Origin: Glycera tridactyla
Lineage: Eukaryota
Assembly (NCBI GenBank): GCA_965644265.1
Contig: OZ286476.1
Location: 20,398,001-20,462,000 of the forward strand
Length of the DNA stretch: 64,000 nucleotides
Direction: 5' to 3'
Below are positions 57,001-63,000 of this stretch, in pieces. Made by a program: the position numbers and the translations under genes. A model generated the notes under the pieces. It did not search any database. It had not been told where the DNA came from and saw only the letters and a program-made list of their open reading frames with translations. Each line of letters begins with the position of its first letter. Within the stretch, counting starts at the first letter, position 1.

Positions 57001-60000
57001 GTCATATTTATAGTGTTGTTGGGTGCTCACATGAATTAGGGCCCTTAAATGAGCAAATACGGTGATATCACAACTGTTTCTATACCATTTCCTCCATTCC
57101 CCAGATATCTGTTCTTGCTTACTGAATTCGGAGTTGACCCCTTGTCTTCATTTTCAAAATCAATCTTAATTTCTCACCTGAACCTTTATGATTTTAGAAC
57201 CAGAATCTTTCATAATTTCATTGAATTTGTGTTAATATTTGACTTTGTTTTCATTGATATTGGTGGAAACAGTACCTGGCTAGAGGTATTGAGTTGAGAC
57301 CACTTTGAAATATCTAGTGTACTCAGAGACTATTTTCATAAGTCTGACTATTGGTCACTGAAGAAGGGTTTATGAATGAACATGTGTCTATTATACAAGC
57401 ATTGTAATGCCACTTCCTAGGCAAGTGTAATCAGGGAAGGTCATTGAGTACCGAAGGCTTATTGTATATCAGCGGTGAATTTACATTGAAATATGATGGC
57501 TTTTACAGGTTCAAGGATGCAAAGGAGGTCTACAAGATTGGCACACACAAGATCAAGATGGATTACAACGAGGATTCGATGATTGCATCACTCGTCCTCC
57601 ATAGTGTCGATGCCTCTGACAGTGGCAAGTACAGGTGTGAGGCCAGCAACCGACTCGGCCGTGTTGAAACATCATGCAAGGTCACAGTCAATGGTGAGTT
57701 ATTACACTCGTCTTCTCTCAGATAGGTGGAATGTTGGATGTCAGGAATCATATGCCGGTAGATTTGAATATGAAATAAGTAGGTAAATATGAAATTTGTT
57801 TCCCTAAAAGGGATTGACTCTGAATAAGTATTCTCCCAGTGGAACCAGATTTGAGAGACCTTCGTTTTGAGAGACTGTCCTCTTTTGAGAAACTGCTCTT
57901 AATTGTCATAGTCAAATATACCTCCAATGAGAGACCACCTGTCTCCAGAGATCACTTATGATTGACCTTCGGGCTGGTCTCCCATGACAGATTTCACTGT
58001 ATTTTATTCCTTATCAGTAGATTTCCTAAAATTAGCATTTTGGAAATCAGAAGTAAGCTATTCAGACGGATAATTCACATGTTCATATAAAAAGATGGTC
58101 TCTCCTCATATGTTTCTTGCCTACTTCCTTTGGGAAAGTCTTGAATGATTTCACCAATGTCCATTGCATAGGTGTCACAATATAGCACAAATGGAGCTGA
58201 TGTGACATCAACCCAGAAACAACCAACCTTCATCAATGCTTGCTTCATCATTATCGAAATCTGAATTTGGATCACCAATATGACTGAGTGTTTACTTTCA
58301 TCTTTTTTTCAGTTGGACCAAAGATTGAGGTGGACATGCGATACTCGTCAGAACAGGTTGTAAAGGCTGGAAGCACACTCATCCTTCCAGTTAACTTCAC
58401 CGGCATCCCAGCACCACGTGTCTCATGGACACGTAACAATGTACCGCTGCTGAACCTGAAGGGACACGTCCACATCGACACCGGCGACAACTACTCCACT
58501 CTCACTATCCTTGGTACCGAACCCGAGGAGGCTGGAAAGTTCAAGATTCTGGTCGAGAATCTCGCCGGCAAAGATGATTATGAGTTTACCGTCAAGGTGA
58601 AGGGACGTCCCTCCGCTCCTGAGAGTCTCCGTGTGCAGAATATCCTGCGTGATTCAGTCACCCTGGCATGGGACAGACCTGAGTATGATGGCGGTAGTCC
58701 AGTAACCGGATACGTCATTGAGCGTAAGGATGCTGCACGTGGTGGATGGGTTACCGTCGGTACTGTGGATGCATCTAGTACTCGTTTCCAGGTCCGCAAG
58801 CTGTTGGAAGGCAGCGAATACAACTTCCGTGTGCTGGCTGAAAATGCCGTTGGTGTCAGTGAACCTGTTGAAACATCACAGGGTATTGAAATCAAGAGTC
58901 CATTTGGTAAGTGTTCAGCTTATATCCCACCAGCATGGGTTTGAGAGACGTTGAACATGACTCAATCAATTGATGGATCGATCTATCAGAACTCTTTAGT
59001 AGCCCTAAACAGACATATGGTTGGATTCTAGATGATTTTATTGAGTATTGGAAATGTAAATCATTGATAACAATAGAAATGAAGGTTAGGGATTCTGTCC
59101 TTTATCTTGCTCAATGAGTAGAAACAAAACTGGAGACTTCGACAAACTCAGAATTCATTAAATGAAACCTCAACATTGAAAACCTGAATTATTGAATTCT
59201 ATGCGGGCAGAGATTGTTCATGTCAGACACTTTGGCTTAGTTGGGGGCGGGGGCTGGATGAAAACTCCATTCCTTAGATTTCATTGGTGAGTTCCATGAC
59301 TTGTAGTTTTTCAATTGGAACTTTGAATCATATACACAGTGGTGCTAATTTTCTGAAAAAAAATTCTGAAATCCTAAAATTGGGTGAAAAATGATAATAC
59401 CAGAAATTGCTAAAATTTGCTTGGGAGTTTCAAAAAAATGCATTTGATGATATATGGGGGGTAGTTTCAGAAAATGTTTTCATATTTCTGAAAATTCTGC
59501 TTCATCCCATTAGCATCACTGTAGACAGCAGTACCATCCAGTCAGTTATATTTGATTCTATACTCAGCATTGTTTTTTTTTTCTTCCAGACGTACCTGAT
59601 GCCCCACGTAATCTGGAGCCCAGTGAAATCACCAAGAAGTCCATCACTCTGGAATGGATGTCACCTCGTAACGATGGTGGCGCCCCCATTACCGGATACA
59701 TTGTAGAGCGTCGCCAGGGCTACAGTAGCCGCTGGCTGCGTGCCTCACGCGCCCCAGTCCTTGACTGCTGGTTCCGTGACACAAATGTCTACGATGGTGC
59801 TGATTACGAGTACCGCGTCAGTGCTGAGAATGAGGCTGGACAGGGAGCTGCATCACGACCACTTGGACCAATCATTGCCAAGGAAGCGTTTGGTGAGTTG
59901 AGACAGCCAATGTACCAATTTCATAAGCCTTATACCACAAACTATTGTCTATTAATTTCAAATTGCAAGTTATAGAAGTAAGGAGGTATGTGAACTAGAC

Positions 60001-63000
60001 ATGAGATTTTCAGGCACTGACTGCGCCAATCTGATGAATTGAGATCTATAAAGTAAAAAGGTCGAAATATTGAACAATCTTCTTGAATGAAAACGTGTCA
60101 ACGATGCAACTTCTCATATGGGAAATGTATCAGGCTGGTTAGTTTGGCTAACAGTGAAAATTTTCTACCTAGTATTTTATCTTGACGGTGTTGAAAAACT
60201 ATTGGGACCCCATTTCCATAACTAGAAATTAGCAACTGCTAGCTGTTTCTGAACATCCTACTGATGTCCATATCATCAAATGAACAATATTGTTGCATGG
60301 TTGACATTCCAGATATTAGATTTATTTCTTCACATGAAAGTCGGACTAGATGACTAATAGCATTCATCAACATTCTTGAATGGTCTTCATCGACAATTCA
60401 ATCCACATGTGGGTAAATGTATATCCCTTATATCACTGTTTGTATTTTCCCCTACAGATGTACCAAGCTGTCCAGGTATTCCTGAGGTGCATGGCGTGAC
60501 GAAGAGTTCCGCATCCCTCAGCTGGGCATCACCGCGTAACGATGGCGGATCTCCCATCACTAACTACCTTGTCGAGGCCAAGTCCACCTACTCACCCAAC
60601 TGGAGCATTGTCAACATCGGCGAGAAGATCCTCGGAAACAACTTCACCGCCCGCAACCTGTTTGACGGAAGCACATATGAGTTCCGCGTTATTGCTGAGA
60701 ACCGTGCTGGTCGCAGCGAACCTTCTGGTAGCTGCCAACCAGTCGTCATCAGGGAAGCAGTCAGTAAGTAGAACTTTCTGTATTTCATTGCAGTACATAT
60801 ATATTTCCAATGTCACCAGCAGCAGATGCAGTTTGCCCCGTCTCACAGAAAATACATGTATATACAGTGAAACCTGTGTCGAGAGACTGCTTCAAGTGTC
60901 ACCCAAAAGGTGGTCTCTCAAAAGAGGCGGTCTCTCATCGGAGGTATATTTGACTATGTCAAATAGAAAAGCTGCCCTAAAAAAGCGGTCTCCCGCTGGA
61001 GGTGGTCTCTTGTCTCTCTTCACAGGTTTCTCTGTATATAAATTTGTGGCACAAAAATTTCATCTTGACACATGGTAGAGTGGCATCAACCTCCATTTCA
61101 ATATGATTAAAAGGTGTACATGCTGACTATTCACATGAGAGATGATTTTTCATGAGAATTCCCATTCAAATTGTTCACACATAAATGTTCAGATGATAAG
61201 CAACACATGAGAATGAATCAAGGAATGACATTCATGAAATGAAAGGCAAATACCGGTAATCACATATTCACGTATCCTGTAATGTGGCAAACATACATAA
61301 TGTGGCAAATTCCTACCAAATATTATACATGGTAAGATAGTTAGTGAATCTAAGAAAAAGTGAACTGCGACTGATCAACCTGCTGGCATAATTTCATGTT
61401 AACACTTGGCTTTGACAACAAATTGAGTATATGATGTATCATTGCGAAATATATGAACAGCTATGAACATTTAATGTGGAAGGTCACGTGTCATTGTCAT
61501 TCATCGATTGGGAGAAAAAGTATGCTCACATAATGATGTATCAAGGATGTTTGTTATGAATTGATATTCATAATTCTGTATTGTCTCTTCTCATCAGCTG
61601 GTGATGCTCCTCGTGTACTTGAACATCTTGATGATGCTGCCGCAAAACTCGGTGAATCTGCCACATTGAAGTGTCGCATCACCGGCAACCCGGAACCAGA
61701 AATCAGCTGGACTAAGGACTTCCAGAGGATCTCCAAGTCACGCAAATTTGACGTCCGATATGAGGATTCTTTTGCAATCCTCGTTGTCCGTGACGTCGTT
61801 GAGCATGACATCGGTCGCTACATGTGTGAGGGTATCAACCAACATGGCAGCGCTAGTACCATGGCTGATCTCAAGGTCAAAGGTATGTACTCCTCAGGCA
61901 TGAACTGCGTTGATGTATCAGATTATTTTCAAACATTTTTGATCAATTGAACTTTCCACCACTCACCAATAATTTCCTTCTGATGAGCTATTCATTTGTG
62001 AATTATTTGCACAGAAACTACTGTTTCATCATGCAGAAGTATGAATCAGCTGAAGTCATATTGAACATTCATAAATTATGAATTCACTTACTGATATTTT
62101 ATGTAATATCTGAAGACTTATCCTCAGTGGAATTCTATCTCATATTATATTTGAGTCAAATTTCATTTGAATTCATCTTGCTCACACTGTGAAGTCTTTT
62201 GTAATAGACAGATGAATTATACTAGGTTCATGCTGGACACGAATTCCACATTGGTGCCTTTTTCAATTTTGCTGAGATGTTTACGTATTGTATGTGTTTT
62301 CAATTCTGTTTCCAGTACCACCAAAACTGGTGTATGACCGTCATCGTGAGCTTGCCATTCCTCTGGGAGGCTCATTGAAGCTTCACATGACAATTGAAGG
62401 ACAACCGTCTCCCAACGTCTCCTGGTACAAGGACGGCGCTCCTCTCAAGGGCCGCCTCAATGTCAACGTCGAGACTGACGAGTACATGACCTCGCTCACA
62501 ATTCGCCGTTGCAAACAGGAAGATGAGGGAGAGTACAGAGTTGTTGCCAAGAACCAGTGGGGTAGTGATGAAATCAGCTTCGACGTCATGGTCATCGGTG
62601 AGTCTTCACTCGTGTTTTCTTCATCCCACCAAGCTTTAGGATCAGGTGGACATTTCCTCGTCTTGGTGGTGAATCATACTCTATAGCAAGAGTTGCCAAC
62701 CTGCGCAGTTCTAGCAGTATTGCAAGTGGACGGGGATGGGGACTCTTGCAATCATGCCATATTTAAACTGGTTTCTTCCATCTGGATTAATGCTGTTCTT
62801 AAAGGATATGTAATTCACTTTGCTCTACTTTGTGAAATGTGCCCTGACAAGAAGCATTTGCTATGTTTGTATACCCTCCATTCCCACTGGTACCCTATCT
62901 GACAGCACATCAGTTCACATATCAACTGAAGCTAGGGTACCAGTCAGCAGGTAGAGAGCAAAAGTAGTCCCGGCAATACTCCATGCCCAGTCTGGGAGTA

